Shown: piece by piece, positions 30,001 through 43,183 of the stretch | Layout of the letters: each line of letters starts with the position of its first letter | How positions within the stretch are numbered: the stretch's first letter is position 1 | From: Eledone cirrhosa | Lineage: Eukaryota | NCBI GenBank assembly: GCA_964016885.1 | Contig: OZ024742.1 | Coordinates: 17,236,001-17,300,000 of the forward strand | Reading direction: 5' to 3' | Length of the DNA stretch: 64,000 nt | Notes under the pieces: model-generated | Told to the model about the DNA's origin: nothing | The model's database searches: none | Seen by the model: the letters and a program-made list of their open reading frames with translations, nothing else | Program-made: the position numbers and the translations under genes

Positions 30001-33000
30001 CACCACCCTAACATGGCGTCAGACCCTCTACCGATACTGCCAATCCAGCACCCTAACATGGTGTCAGACCCTCTACCTATACTGCCAATCCAGCAACCTA
30101 GCATGGCGTCAGACCCTCTAACTATACTGCCAATCCAGCATCCTAGCATGGCGTCAGACCCTCTACCTATACTGCCAATCCAGCACCCTAGCATGGTGTC
30201 AGACCCTCTACCTATACTGCCAATCCAGCAACCTAGCATGGCGTCAGACCCTCTAACTATACTGCCAATCCAGCATCCTAGCATGGCGTCAGACCCTCTA
30301 CCTATACTGCCAATCCAGCACCCTAGCATGGTGTCAGACCCTCCACTGATACTGCCAATCCACCACCCTAGCATGGTGTCAGACCCTCTACCTATACTGC
30401 CAATCCACCACCCTAACATGGTGTCAGACCCTCTACCGATACTGCCAATGCACCACCCTACCATGGCGTCAGACCCTCTACCTATACTGCCAATACACCA
30501 CCCTAGCATGGTGTCAGACCCTCTACCGATACTGCCAATCCACCACACTAGCATGGTGTCAGACCCTCTACCGATACTGCAAATACACCACCCTACCATT
30601 GCGTCAGACCCTCTACCTATACTGCCAATCTACCACCCTAACATGGTGTCAGACACTCTACCTATACTGCCAAAGCAGCACCCTAACATGGTGTCAGACC
30701 CTCTACCGATACTGCCAATCTACCACCCTGACGGGGTGCCAGACACTCTACCGATACTGCCAATCCACCACCCTAGCAAGGCGTCAGACCCTCTACCGAT
30801 ACTGCCAATCCACCGCCCTACCATGGTGTCAGACCCTCTACCTACACTGCCAAAGCAGCACTCTAACATGGTGTCAGACCCTCTACCTATAATGCCAACC
30901 ACCACCCTAGCATGCTGCGGACCCTCTACCTGTACTGCCAATCCAGAATCCTAGCATGGTGTCAGACCCTCTACCTATACTGCCAATCCACCACCCTAAC
31001 ATGGTGTCAGACCCTCTACCTATAATGCCAATCCACCACCCTAGCATGGTGTCAGACCCTCTACCTATACTGCCAATCCACCACCCTAACATGGTGTCAG
31101 ACCCTCTACCGATAATGCCAATCCACCACCCTAGCATGGTGTTAGACCCTCTACCTATAATGCCAATCCACCACCCTAATATGGTGTCAGACACTCTACC
31201 TATAATACCAATCCACCACACTAGCATGGTGTCAGACCCTCTACCTATACTGCCAATCCAACACCCTAGCATGGTGTCAGATCCTCTACCTATACTGCCA
31301 ATCCACCACCCTAACATGGTGTCAGACCCTCTACCTATAATGCCAATCCACCACCCTAGCATGGCGTCAGACCCTGTACAGATACTGCCATTCCACCATC
31401 CTAGCATGGTGTCAGACCCTCTACCTATACTGCCAATCCAGCACCCTAACATGGTGTCAGACCCTCTACCTATAAGGCCAATCGACCACCCTAGCATGGT
31501 GTCAGACCCTCTACCTATAATGCCAATCCACAACCATAGCATGGTGTCAGACCCTCTACCTATAATGCCAATCAACCACCCTAGCATGGTGTCAGATCCT
31601 CTACCTATCCTGCCAATCCACCACCCTAACATGGTGTCAGACCCTCTACCTATAATGCCAATCCACCACCCTAGCATGGCGTCAGACCCTGTACCGATAC
31701 TGCCATTCCACCATCCTAGCATGGTGTCAGACCCTCTACCTATACTGCCAATCCAGCACCCTAACATGGCGTCAGACCCTCTACCTATACTACCAATCCA
31801 CGACCCTAGCATGGCGTCAGACCCTCTACCTATACTGCCAATCCACCACCTAGCATGGTGTCAGACCCTCTACCGATACTGCCAATTCACCACCCTAACA
31901 TGGTGTCAGACTCTCTACCGATACTGCCAATCCACCACCCTACCATGGTGTCAGACACTCTACCGATACTGCCAATCTACCACCCTAACATAGTGTCAGA
32001 CACTCTACCTATACTGCCAATCTACCACCCTAACATGGTGTCAGACACTCTACTGATACCGCCAATCTACCACCCTAACATAGTGTCAGACCCTCTACCT
32101 ATACTGCCAATCCAGCATCCTAACATGATGTCAGACCCTCTACCTATACTACCAATCCACCACCCTAGCATGGTGTCAGACCCTCTACCTATAATGCCAA
32201 TGCACCACCCTAGCATGGTGTCAGACCCTCTACCTATACTGCCAATCCAGCATCCTAGCATGGCTTCAGACCCTCTACCTATGCTGCCAATCCACCACCC
32301 AACCATGGTGACAGACCCTCCACTGATACTGCCAATCCACCACCCTAGCATGGTGTCAGACCCTCTACCTATAATGCCAATCCACTACCCTAGCATGGTG
32401 TCAGACCCTCTACATATACTGACAATCCAGCATCCTAACATGGTGTCACACCCTCTACCTATACTGCCAATCCAGCATCCTAGCATGGTGTCAGACCCTC
32501 TATCTATACTGCCAATCCAACATCCTAGCATGGCGTCAGACCCTCTACCGATACTGCCAATCCACCACCCTAGCATGGCGTCAGACACTCTACCGATACT
32601 GCCAATCCACCACCCTAGCATGGTGTCAGACCCTCTACCTATAATGCCAATCCACCACCCAAGCATGGTGTCAGACCCTCTACCTATAATGCCAATCCAC
32701 CACCCAAGCATGGTGTCAGACCCTCTACCTATACTGCCAATCCACCACCCTAGCATGGCGTCAGACCCTCTACCGATACTGCCAATCCACCGCCCTCGCA
32801 TGGCGTCAGACCCTCTACCGATACTGCCAATCCACCACCCTAGCATGGTGTCAGACGCTCTACCTATAATGCCAATCCACCACCCTAGCATGGTGTCAGA
32901 CCCTCTACCGATACTGCCAATCCACCACCCTAGCATGGTGTCAGACCCTCTACAGATACTGCCAATCCACCACCCTAGCATGGTGTCAGACCCTCTACCT

Positions 33001-34410
33001 ATACTGCCAATCCACCACCCTAGCATGGTGTCAGACCCTCTACCTATACTGCCAATCCACCACCCTAACATGGTGTCAGACCCTCTACCTATAATGCCAA
33101 TCCACCACCCTAGCATGGTGTCAGACCCTCTACCTATACTGCCAATCCACCACCTTAACAGGTTGTCACACCCTCTACCTATACTGCCAACACACCACCC
33201 TAACATGGTGTCAGACCCTCTACCTATAATGCCAATGCACCACCCTAGCATGGTATCACACCCTCTACCTAAAATGCCAATCCACCACCCTAGCATGGTG
33301 TCAGACCCTCTACCTATACTGCCAATGCAGCATCCTAGCATGGTGTCAGACCCTCTACCTATACTGCCAATCCAGCATCCTAGCATGGTGTCAGACCCTC
33401 TACCGATACTGCCAATCCACCATCCTAGCATGGCTTCAGACCCTCTACCGATATTGCCAATCCACCACCCTAGCATGGCGTCAGACCCTCTACCTATACT
33501 GCCAATCCACCACCCTAGCATGGTGTCAGACCCTCTACCGATACTGCCAATCTACCACCCTAGCATGGTGTCAGACCCTCTACCAATACTGCAAATGCAC
33601 CACCCTACCATTGCGTCAGACCCTCTACCTATACTGCCAATCTACCACCCTAACATGGTGTCAGACACTCTACCGATACTGCCAATCTACCACCCTAACA
33701 TGGTGTCAGACCCCCTACCTATACTGCCAATCCACCACCCTAACATGGCTTCAGACCCTCTACCGATACTGCCAATCCACCGCCCTAACATGGTGTCAGA
33801 CCCTCTACCTACACTGCCAATCCAGCACCCTAACATGGTGTCAGACCCTCTACCTATAATGCCAATCCACCACCCTAGCATGGTGTCAGACCCTCTACCT
33901 ATAATACCAATCCACCCCCTAGCATGGTGTCAGACCCTCTACCTATACTGCCAATCCACCACCCTAACATGGTGTCAGACCCTCTACCTATACTGCCAAT
34001 CCACCGCCCTAGCATGGTGTCAGACCCTCTACCGATCCTGCCAATCCAGCTCCCTAACATGGTGTCAGTCCCTCTACCGATCCTGCCAATCCACCACCCT
34101 AGCATGGTGTCAGACCCTCTACCTATACTGCCAATCCACCACCCTAGCATGGTGTCAGACCCTCTACCCATACTGCCAATCCACCACCCTAGCATTGTGT
34201 CAGACCCTCTACCCATACTGCCAATCCACCACCCTAGCATGGTGTCAGACCCTCTACCTATACTGCCAATCCACCACCCTAGCATGGTGTCAGACCCTCT
34301 ACCCATACTGCCAATCCACCCCCCTAGCATGGTGTCAGACCCTCTACCCATACTGCCAATCCACCACCCTAGCATGGTGTCAGACCCTCTACCCATACTG
34401 CCAATCCACC
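1..34410. repeat. 45-bp tandem satellite (consensus ATGGTGTCAGACCCTCTACCTATACTGCCAATCCACCACCCTAGC), about 765 monomers, derived from a SINE 5' head
   Basis: Uninterrupted 45-bp periodicity from base 1 to ...ccaatccacc at 34410. Recurrent variants (agc/aac/acc, gtg/gcg, cct/ccg, ctg/atg, cac/cag/tac) and occasional 43-44 bp monomers. The array runs off the left window edge. Confidence 0.99.
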
Positions 34411-34483
34411 GAACATATATACAGATACATTCTTTGTTACAGGTTTTACCGACATTCAACTATATACACCCACAAGCGCACAC

Positions 34484-35131
34484 CTTCCACTACACATATA
34501 CACACATACACACATACATACCTACTCCCTCCACTACACATATACACACACACATACATACCTACTCCCTCCACTACACACACATACACACATACATACC
34601 TACTCCCTCCACTACACACACATACACACATACATACCTACTCCCTCCAGTACACATACATACCTACTCCCTCTACTACACACACATACACACATACATA
34701 CCTACTCCCTCTACTATATAGACATACACACATACATACCTAATCCCTCCAGTACACATACATACCTACTCCCTCCACTACACACATACATACCTACTCC
34801 CTCCACTACACACACATACACACATACATACCTACTCCCTCCAGTACACATACATACCTACTCCCTCTACTACACACACATACACACATACATACCTACT
34901 CCCTCTACTATATAGACATACACACATACATACCTAATCCCTCCAGTACACATACATACCTACTCCCTCCACTACACACATACATACCTACTCCCTCCAC
35001 TACACACGTATATACACATACATACCTACTCCCTCCACTACACACACATACACACATACATACCTACTCCCTCCACTACACACACATACACACATACTCC
35101 CTCCAGTACACATACATACCTACTCCCTCCA

Positions 35132-35180
<49 letters not shown>

Positions 35181-35200
35181 TACCACCTACACACATACTA
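34484..35200. repeat. CA-rich compound minisatellite (unit about acacatacatacctactccctccactac) ending in (CA)n
   Basis: Repeated cctactccctc(c/t)a(c/g)tac cores separated by variable cacatacata spacers; pure (CA)n at about 35134-35177. Confidence 0.95.
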
Positions 35201-35306
35201 AACTACATACTTATACCGCCTTACACACAGACATACGCAAGTACATGCGCGCAAGAAGAGTCAGTGAACCTACGTTGAGTCCTACGTCACGTTTCTTGCT
35301 GTTATT

Positions 35307-35508
35307 GGCGGGATGGCAGCATCGGTAGACTGTCATACACCATGTTTTGCAACATAGAGTTACGCCCCTTTACGATCTGAGTTCAAATCCCGCCGAGGTT
35401 AACTTTGCCTTTCACCCTTACAGTGTCGATAAAATAAAGTACCAGTAATGCACTGGGATAATTGCTGGCCTTGTGCCAAACGTAGAATCAATTATTATTA
35501 TTATTATT
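35307..35508 (+). mobile_element. tRNA-derived SINE, family A
   Basis: A-box-like tggcagcatcgg, B-box gagttcaaatccc, body gccgaggttaactttgcctttca...gtcgataaaataaagtaccagt...ggccttgtgcc, (ATT)n tail. Several homologous copies in the window. Confidence 0.9.
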
Positions 35509-35721
35509 GTGCGGTGGACTGGCAGTATCAGTAGAAGGTCGGACAACATGCTTTGCAGCATAGAGTTACGGCCCTTTATGGTCTGAGTTCAAATCCCGCC
35601 CAGGTTAATTTTGCCTTTCATCCTAAAATAAAGTATCAGTCACGCACTGGGGTCGATTTAATCGACCTTCCCCTTCCTCTAAATTACTGGCCCTGTGCCT
35701 AAATAAGAAACCGCTATTATT
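35509..35721 (+). mobile_element. tRNA-derived SINE, family A, second copy directly after the tail of the first
   Basis: ggtggactggcagtatcagtag head, ctgagttcaaatcccgcc B-box, ctggggtcgatttaatcgac hairpin, ggccctgtgcct 3' end. Confidence 0.88.
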
Positions 35722-35764
35722 AACTGTTGTTGTTGTTGTTGGTGGTGGTGAAATATTCTCTAAG

Positions 35765-36077
35765 TCCCTACCCCCGGGTCACGAATGACCATGGAATTTG
35801 TATATAGAAGTACCCCCTCCGTGGAACTAGTCCGGGCAAGGACGTTTGTGGAAGACCAACAGACACCTATATATACCAGTCTCCTCTCTCCACACCACCG
35901 ATGTTGTCCAAGTGAGAGGCAATGGCTGATACAGGCACCATTGACGTCGCAACTCATTTCTATAGTTAAGTTATCTGGGTTGCTCAAGGATACAACACAT
36001 ATCTCGGTCCAATAATCGAACTCACACCCTCCCGACTATAAACCCAATACTCCAACAACAAAGCCACGAGCCTTTAC
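35765..36077 (-). mobile_element. tRNA-derived SINE, family B (diverged)
   Basis: Minus strand starts ggctcgtggctttgttg...gtgagttcgatt (A/B-box-like), then gtatccttgagcaa. The 3' part is homologous to 58415-58795 (cacgaatgaccat, tttgtggaagacca, gacgtcgcaactcattt). Confidence 0.7.
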
Positions 36078-36756
36078 ATGAGATACTAACAACACCATTA
36101 TTGGTATAAATCTTGCTAATTTACCCTAACCTCTAATGACATATTGCATGAGTTTACCAAATGTCGATATTTCTTAGAATAAAAAAATTAAAAGTGCATC
36201 ACCACTAATATCTGATTTCATGCAGTAAATATCCTAAAAGAACGAAAGTAATATTTTTATTCTTATTTGATTTTTGATTTCATTCAATTTTGTTTATGAA
36301 GTTTTGATAATGATAAAGGAGATGCTTGCAGTTCCCTTAATATTCAAATTTTCTACAAAATATGAAAGCCGCCCTCTGGAATATCACTACAGAAATTGAG
36401 AAATAATGATAGTTATTTTAGGAATTTCAATTCCTACGAGTTATTTTCATACAGATGAGCAGCTTGTTGTTGACGTAGGAGATTATATTTGTTGTTACAT
36501 TGTTATTGTTGTTGATTTTGCAGTTGATGTTCAGAGAAGAAAAGGCCTCCGAGGTCGGAGAGATGAAAAACCGTTGTTGTTCTCCAAACGGAGGTGTTTT
36601 CTGAATGCTTCAGCAGATGGGATACCGGGAAAGACACAACGATCAGGTGGCGGTGGTAATCAAAGAGAATTAAATCTGCGTGACATGTATGCATTTGTCA
36701 AATGTATTAACAGCATAACAAATAGTTTCATCGCTCTACATAGCTGAATACAAGAA

Positions 36757-37232
36757 ATGTGTATCTGAGTTTTTCAAATATTAATAATAAACTCGATTCG
36801 TTTGCAATTATGCAAACAGCCTCTTTAAGCCACGTGAGAATTCTTTCTCTTGTGTTGGCATATAAACAGAACGGCAGACACTAATGTTTCTGGGTGATTA
36901 CTCTTTATCAGTACCGTATACTGTTTACCTGTCAACTGTCAGAGCTAATGAAAATATATATTTTCTGGAATATACAGTGACTGATCGGCTTGATTTGCAT
37001 ATTAGCAGATTGGGGGATCAGTCAGATCTGCATTTTAGCAGATCCACTAATCAGCCAGATAGGCAGATAAACAGTATACGGTACACGTTAGTGTCTGCCG
37101 TTCTGTTTACGTGCAAACACAAGAGCAACAATGACGCGGTCATTCTACTAACATAGCTTAAAGAGGGTGTTTGCATAATTGCAAACGAATCGAATATTGT
37201 TATTAATATTCGAACAACTCAGATATACATTT
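36757..37232. mobile_element. Fold-back element with imperfect terminal inverted repeats of about 75 bp (MITE-like or inverted pLTR)
   Basis: aatgtgtatctgagtt...gattcgtttgcaattatgcaaaca...ctctttaagc at the left is the reverse complement of gcttaaagag...tgtttgcataattgcaaacgaatc...aactcagatatacatt at the right. Confidence 0.75.
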
Positions 37233-37886
37233 CAGTAGTATGTATATATATATACATACATCTGGCAGGAAGGTATACTACTGTACGTCTGTACAAACAA
37301 ACCGAGCATTATAATAAATGTTCGGTGAATCCATACGTACATACATATATGTGTGCATGTATGTATATACATACTACTGTACGTCTGTATACATATATAT
37401 ATGTACGTATTCATACTTATATTTAAGTAACAGCCGTACTAAGAGTGAGAAATGAAATTTCGTTTCATTTTTTACACACATATATATATATATATATATA
37501 AATATACACGGGTGTGTATGATTGTGAATAGAAGATTATATCAATAAAAGGAATTACAACTTTGTCTGATTTACTCGTTTTATTTACAATCCTTTAAAAT
37601 TATATTATATTATAATGAAATAGTATGGTAGAATATTAAATATTAAGTGTTAATTGAACCTAGGTTTGCTTTCAGGTTTAGATCGTTTTTTCGCCCAGTT
37701 TCTTGTGGGTAATCCCTATTTGAGATCTTGAGAGTGATCTGGTTATTGTTCGTTTTTTTTCCCGTTTCTTGTGGGTAGTCTCTGTTGAGATCTTGAGAAT
37801 GATCCCCTGGTTATTTACTTCTTGTCAAACAATTGTAACACACAATAAATTGAGTCCAGATGCATCACTGATTTTTCGTTTTATAT

Positions 37887-37964
<78 letters not shown>

Positions 37965-37969
<5 letters not shown>

Positions 37970-38210
37970 ATACTTTGGGAGAGTCATGTTGCCAATAAGA
38001 AACACACGCACCAGTTGCTTTCACTTCAATTTATTATATATTTACAAATTTATAAATTTCTGGTTGGTTGGTTGGTTCCACAACCAGATAGTTGTTTATA
38101 TATAGTCATAGTTCTTTCGTCACACACTCTATGACCTCTTCAGTGACTGGGGATTCCTTTGTTTGTTTCTGTGCCTCTCCTTTGTTCTGTCCTACGCCAT
38201 TTTGTTTCTG
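37965..38210 (-). mobile_element. PLE pseudo-LTR-like repeat, family 1 (hammerhead-bearing), solo copy in (TA)n
   Basis: Near-identical to the arms at 47341-47846 and 57218-57645; flanked by TA microsatellite. Confidence 0.8.
38104..38148 (-). ncRNA. Type I hammerhead ribozyme motif (family 1)
   Basis: Minus strand agtca-CTGAAGA-g-gtcata gagtg tgtgac-GAAA-gaa-CTA-tgact: 5-bp stem I, one extra nt before stem II, very short stem III. Confidence 0.72.
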
Positions 38211-38291
38211 TGTGTGTGTTGTGTGCTCAGTCTGCGCATGCGCCACATCCGGGTGTCTGTGTTATATATATATATATATATATATATATAA

Positions 38292-38369
<78 letters not shown>

Positions 38370-39004
38370 TAATAAAAACAATGAATAAAAACAAAGAACA
38401 AGTTCCTTATATTAAAAAATTCATCATTTTACGAGTGTTTCTAGGATATATATGTGTGTTGGTATGTATATCATATAGATCTATGTAAAAATATTACAAA
38501 CTATCAGAGGAAATATACATACCTTTACATATATATGCTGTCTTCAACAAAAAAATCAACAAAAATTTAATATAATAGGTCTGTTTGGGAACAGGTTTTG
38601 AATTGACCAATAGAAAAGTAGTAAGATGTCCAGTTGATAGAATAGTAGTAGTAGAAATTTAATTTAGGGGTAGAGGGGTGCAGACTTATGTTTTGAATAG
38701 AAAGAATACTTTGAATGAAAAGAATACTTTGGGGATGAAAAGAGGTCAAGCCGGGGAAAGGTACACGAAAATTTGATGTTATTAAAGAATAGTGTTAAAA
38801 ACGATGAAAGTAAAATTTTAGGGTAAGTGGGAAATACCAATCTCATTTAAACCACAAGGAATCTGGATCTATGACAAGAAATTAAATTAATTGATAGGTA
38901 TACTTATAGGGATAAATTTATATTACTTCATATGGATGTGATAAATAAGAATTAGATGTTATTAAAGAATGTTGTTAAAAACGAAGGAAAATAAAATTTG
39001 TATA

Positions 39005-39592
39005 TTAATTAGGTTTATTATATTTGAAAGTTCTTCTAATTCTATGATTGCAAGATATAATTAATTTGTGTCGCTTATTTAATAGGATATCCTTTGATTT
39101 CATTATTTCAAAAAGTTCCTGGGAACATAATCTACACTCATATCTGTTATTTTGATAAGGGGTGGCCCTTTTGAGCACACTCCAGGTCAGGTTGTAATCG
39201 ATATTCTTTTTTCTATAATTATTAATTATTTCAGCCAAAGATGTTGTATTAGCTAATGCGGCATTTTTAAAACTATGTTTGTGGGTATTAAATCTTACTT
39301 TAAATTGGTTAGACGTAGCTCCTATATATGAATAGGTAGAGTCCTTAGTGCTAATTTTACATTTATAGACTATGTTATTAATAAGACAATTTCCCTTTAA
39401 TGGGCAATTTCTTTTCTTTCTACAGTTACAACCATTCGTGAATATTATATCGGAGGAGTTAGTCAAATTTGGTGTGGAATTTATTTGACTTGTTATATGT
39501 GAAGGAGATGGTGGTTTGTTGCGGTTTATTCTAGTATTATGGTTGGTTTGACCTATTATATTAAATCTTTGTTTGGTTTTTTCAATAAACAA
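39005..39592 (-). pseudogene. C-terminal GIY-YIG endonuclease fragment of a PLE polyprotein
   Basis: CNCRKKRNCPLKGNC linker, IVYKC...SYIGAT...FKVRFNTHKHSF, WSVL, CRLCSQE, LLNKR...CNH. No RT upstream; the frame is cut by the inverted pLTR. Confidence 0.9.
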
Positions 39593-39595
39593 ATC

Positions 39596-39708
39596 TCATC
39601 ATTTATGAAGACAGCATATATATGTGAAGGTATGTATATTTCCTCTGATAGTTTGTAATATTTTTACATAGATCTATATATATCCTAGAAACGATCGTAA
39701 AATGATGA
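39596..39708 (+). ncRNA. Hammerhead motif with long stem II and C3->A core variant (family 2)
   Basis: tcatcattt-ATGAAGA-[about 76 nt]-GAAAC-gatc-GTA-aaatgatga: perfect 9-bp stem I and palindromic stem III. A degenerate counterpart lies on the minus strand at 38425-38552. Confidence 0.6.
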
Positions 39709-39886
39709 ATTTTTTAATATAAGGAACTTGTTCTTTGTTTTTATTCATTGTTTTTATTAATTTATCTTAACTCTGTTTTCCTATGATTTTCATCGAAAAT
39801 GTTTGAATGCACTTCTCTTTTCATGATATTTGGATTACATTGAGTTCTTCATACGGATTGGACACTACCGTATATTTTGGTAGATT

Positions 39887-39958
<72 letters not shown>

Positions 39959-40046
39959 TTAAAGTCTTTAATACCCAAACATCTCAATGAAATAATCTCT
40001 CACAGAGAAGCAATATTATATATTAAAATTAAATGAGAAAAAGCAC

Positions 40047-40132
<86 letters not shown>

Positions 40133-40448
40133 CAATGGGCTCATATTGCCATGACAACAGAGTTTCATGAAAATTAAATTTTTCAGTTAATTAGATATTA
40201 GCAAATATTTTTCTTAAACATCAAAAGTAATTTCATGAAACAACAATTCCCTTTCCATCTGAAAAAGCTAATTATGTTTAAAGAAAGGTTCGTATATTAA
40301 AAATCTTTTAATTTGCTATGATTTTGTCTACAATTGTTACAACTTCCCTCACTTTGTATAAGAACAATAATTCCGGTTTACAAAGCAGCTCTTTTCACAT
40401 ATATTTTTTGCTGATTTTTTAAACATGCTATTAGGGTTTTATTAGGAT

Positions 40449-40630
40449 ATTGGCAGTATCGGTAGAGGGTCGGACGCCATGCTTCGACGCATAGAGTTAC
40501 GGCCCTTGCCATTCTGAGTTCAAATCCCGCCGAGGTTAACTTTGCCTTTCATCCTTACGGGGTCGATAAAATAAAGTTCCAGTAATGTACTGAGTAATTG
40601 CTGGCCTTTTGCCAAAAGTAGAAACAATTA
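40449..40630 (+). mobile_element. tRNA-derived SINE, family A
   Basis: attggcagtatcggtagagggtcggacgccatgc head, B-box gagttcaaatccc, full body to ccaaaagtagaaac. Confidence 0.92.
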
Positions 40631-41473
40631 TTTACTTCTTGTCAAACATTTTAAATTCTTTAAAATGTTGTATAATGTAGGAAGATGGCGTTATATGAAA
40701 GACAATACTCTTGAAAGAATTTCTATTAAATATTTCTTTGGTTGGATTATAATCCAGCCTATCTAACACAAATAATTATTTGTCTTAGATATGTTTGCTA
40801 TTTCTAGCACTCTACGTGGAGGCTCTCTTTTCGGTAAGAAAACGATTGAAATCAGTTGCTGGGGTAATAAAAGTGTACAGTAAAATGTATTTAGAAGCAA
40901 GTAATTATTAACTGTTAGCTATTGTGCTGATATAAGAGCTCTATTGGCTTTCTTGGTTAATGTTATCAATATAATAATAACGATTAGTGCTTATTGATAT
41001 ATTCAGAGTACGATCAACGATATAGTGTCGCTAAACAATTACGCTAGGGACAAAAGGCAGAAAGAAAGTAAAAAATCAATTAGAAGGAAATAAATAAGAA
41101 ATAGGAAAGAAATTAAGAATCGCCCGGACAATCAGCAAGCCTTTGATTGAAGGCAAATTCAGTTGCCGCCTTTCCTTCCAAACTGTAAATAAGCTGCCAG
41201 GGTGTAATTGTAGAGTTATTTCTATACTGTTAATATTCACTAGATTGGGTACTTTTTACTGTACTTACAGACATAGAACTGTGTCAACGAGAGAAACCTC
41301 TATGTGGTCGCTCGATCAGCTAGAAATAACCTACGAATCTCCCTCAAATTGTATCCTCCTATATTTAAAAGAGAACAAGTTTGTTCAGATTTTCCTGGGT
41401 TCCTTACAGAAAAAAATGAGGAGCTGGTTATGGTTTGAACGGCTTTGAGATTGACTACTATCGTCAGCCTTGT

Positions 41474-41533
<60 letters not shown>

Positions 41534-42014
41534 AGACTGTATATATATATATACATTCATATATATATATATATACATTCATATATATATACATTCATAT
41601 ATATATATATTACATATATGTAGAATCTCATCTATATTAAAACTTATATATATATATATGCATAATACAGACATTGCTATATATACTAGTCGTCTACTAA
41701 ATACAAAGCTTGACCATTCCAGTGTACATGATGCCCAGTTCTGGCATGAACTATGCATCATGTGGCTTTTTACAGCAGACATACTTTTAAAAAGTTGTCC
41801 ACATAAATTCCGTATTAGGTTTAGTGCAGCTTTGACAGCCTATATATTATGATGAACTTTGAAATGTCCGTTTAAACCTGCTTAAGATTTTCAGGTCTTG
41901 TGAGATATGTGGCATTGATAACGGTGAACTGGTTTGTACATTCTATTGTTAGTATGAAGTTCCCTTTTGTGTTCTCTTCTGTGAGACTAAAGTCCAGCCT
42001 CTAGCGTTGACATA

Positions 42015-42132
42015 TATAGACTCCCAGGGATGAAAGAATAATTTGATCTCGGTGGGATTTAAACACACAGTATAGAGAGCCGAAATGCATTACCGCTTGT
42101 TCTTTCATCGGGCGCTAATGAGTCTGACAGTT
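42015..42132 (-). mobile_element. Highly decayed family A-like SINE fragment
   Basis: ggatgaaagaataatttgatctcggtgggatttaaacacacag resembles the reverse complement of the B-box/body. Confidence 0.45.
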
Positions 42133-42808
42133 AATTGGACTCAGGTAATATCAAATATCTTCTGATCAGAAAAATAAGTTAATATTTTATCTCAAAATCT
42201 ATATGCTGCTCATCCAACACTGTATTCAGTAATTCATGTGATAAATCAAATATCGTAGTCAAATTGCATAAATCTCTGATGAGATTTATACTTCATAACT
42301 TTTATAAAATTAATTATGACTGAAAGGCTTCCTTTTCCAACCAATGTTTATTGAATAAATAATTATAATATCTAGGACTCTTTGACCTTCAGAAGTTAGA
42401 ATCCTACACTAACTAGTCATCTACTTAATATACCTGCCGAAATACGTAATACACACACACTAATTCCACACCAGTATAATATATGTACATATTTATATAT
42501 ATATATATATAAATTCAGCGAGAATCGTATTTCGGCTGGTAGAAAAAGCGAAACGAAACGCAAAATCGTAGAAATGCTGGCAAGCGCTCCAATAGTTAAG
42601 AAAACTAGAGCTAAACAATATGTTAAAACGCCATACAAACTGAAAAAGTGGTTAAGAAGGCTTTAACCACCTAAGCCAAAAAACAAATCAAGCTAAACAG
42701 GTCAAACAAAATAAATGATAAAAACAGACCTGGACCCAAATGGAATTGATGCTAAAATCCAAATGCAGGGTTTCTATGACACCTAAATCAATAATACTGT
42801 CTGCTTAA

Positions 42809-42897
<89 letters not shown>

Positions 42898-43114
42898 TGA
42901 TCGAGTATCGAAAAATCGGCGCACGAGTTCACGATAAACAAAATTCGAAATGAGCGGCAGAGGGCTCAATAATTCAGATAAATCAGAGCTATAACTATCG
43001 TTAAAATACCGTCACACATAGAACAAGTCTAAAATCAACCGCACGATAAAAAATCGATAACAGAAGATTCGGGACAATCAGATAAAAAATATCAATAAAT
43101 CAATAATTTAAATG

Positions 43115-43183
<69 letters not shown>

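Larger units (their letters stand above)
38366..39888 (-). mobile_element. 5'-truncated Penelope-like element with 3' pseudo-LTR and inverted pseudo-LTR
   Basis: GIY-YIG coding fragment flanked by inverted repeats (38366-38546 vs 39606-39763, right copy extending to about 39888). Microsatellites on both sides. A solo copy of the same pLTR lies at 59485-59817. Confidence 0.88.

Noticed and set aside
1-34410. CRISPR array
   Set aside because: No unique spacers, no cas genes, eukaryotic context.
19-34743. Giant repetitive ORFs as a real mucin/adhesive-like protein gene
   Set aside because: The 45-bp unit is a multiple of 3 and open on both strands. There is no signal peptide or unique domain, frameshifts recur, variants are mostly non-synonymous, and the unit derives from a SINE head.
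35307-35400. tRNA gene
   Set aside because: A and B boxes are present, but no cloverleaf is evident and the sequence continues into a repeated SINE body and tail.
36406-36747. 113-aa ORF or possible exon
   Set aside because: No recognisable motif on either strand and no supporting neighbouring exons.
42270-42330. ctgatgag as a hammerhead core
   Set aside because: It sits inside a local hairpin (ataaatctc tgat gagatttat) with no properly placed stem II, GAAA or stem I.
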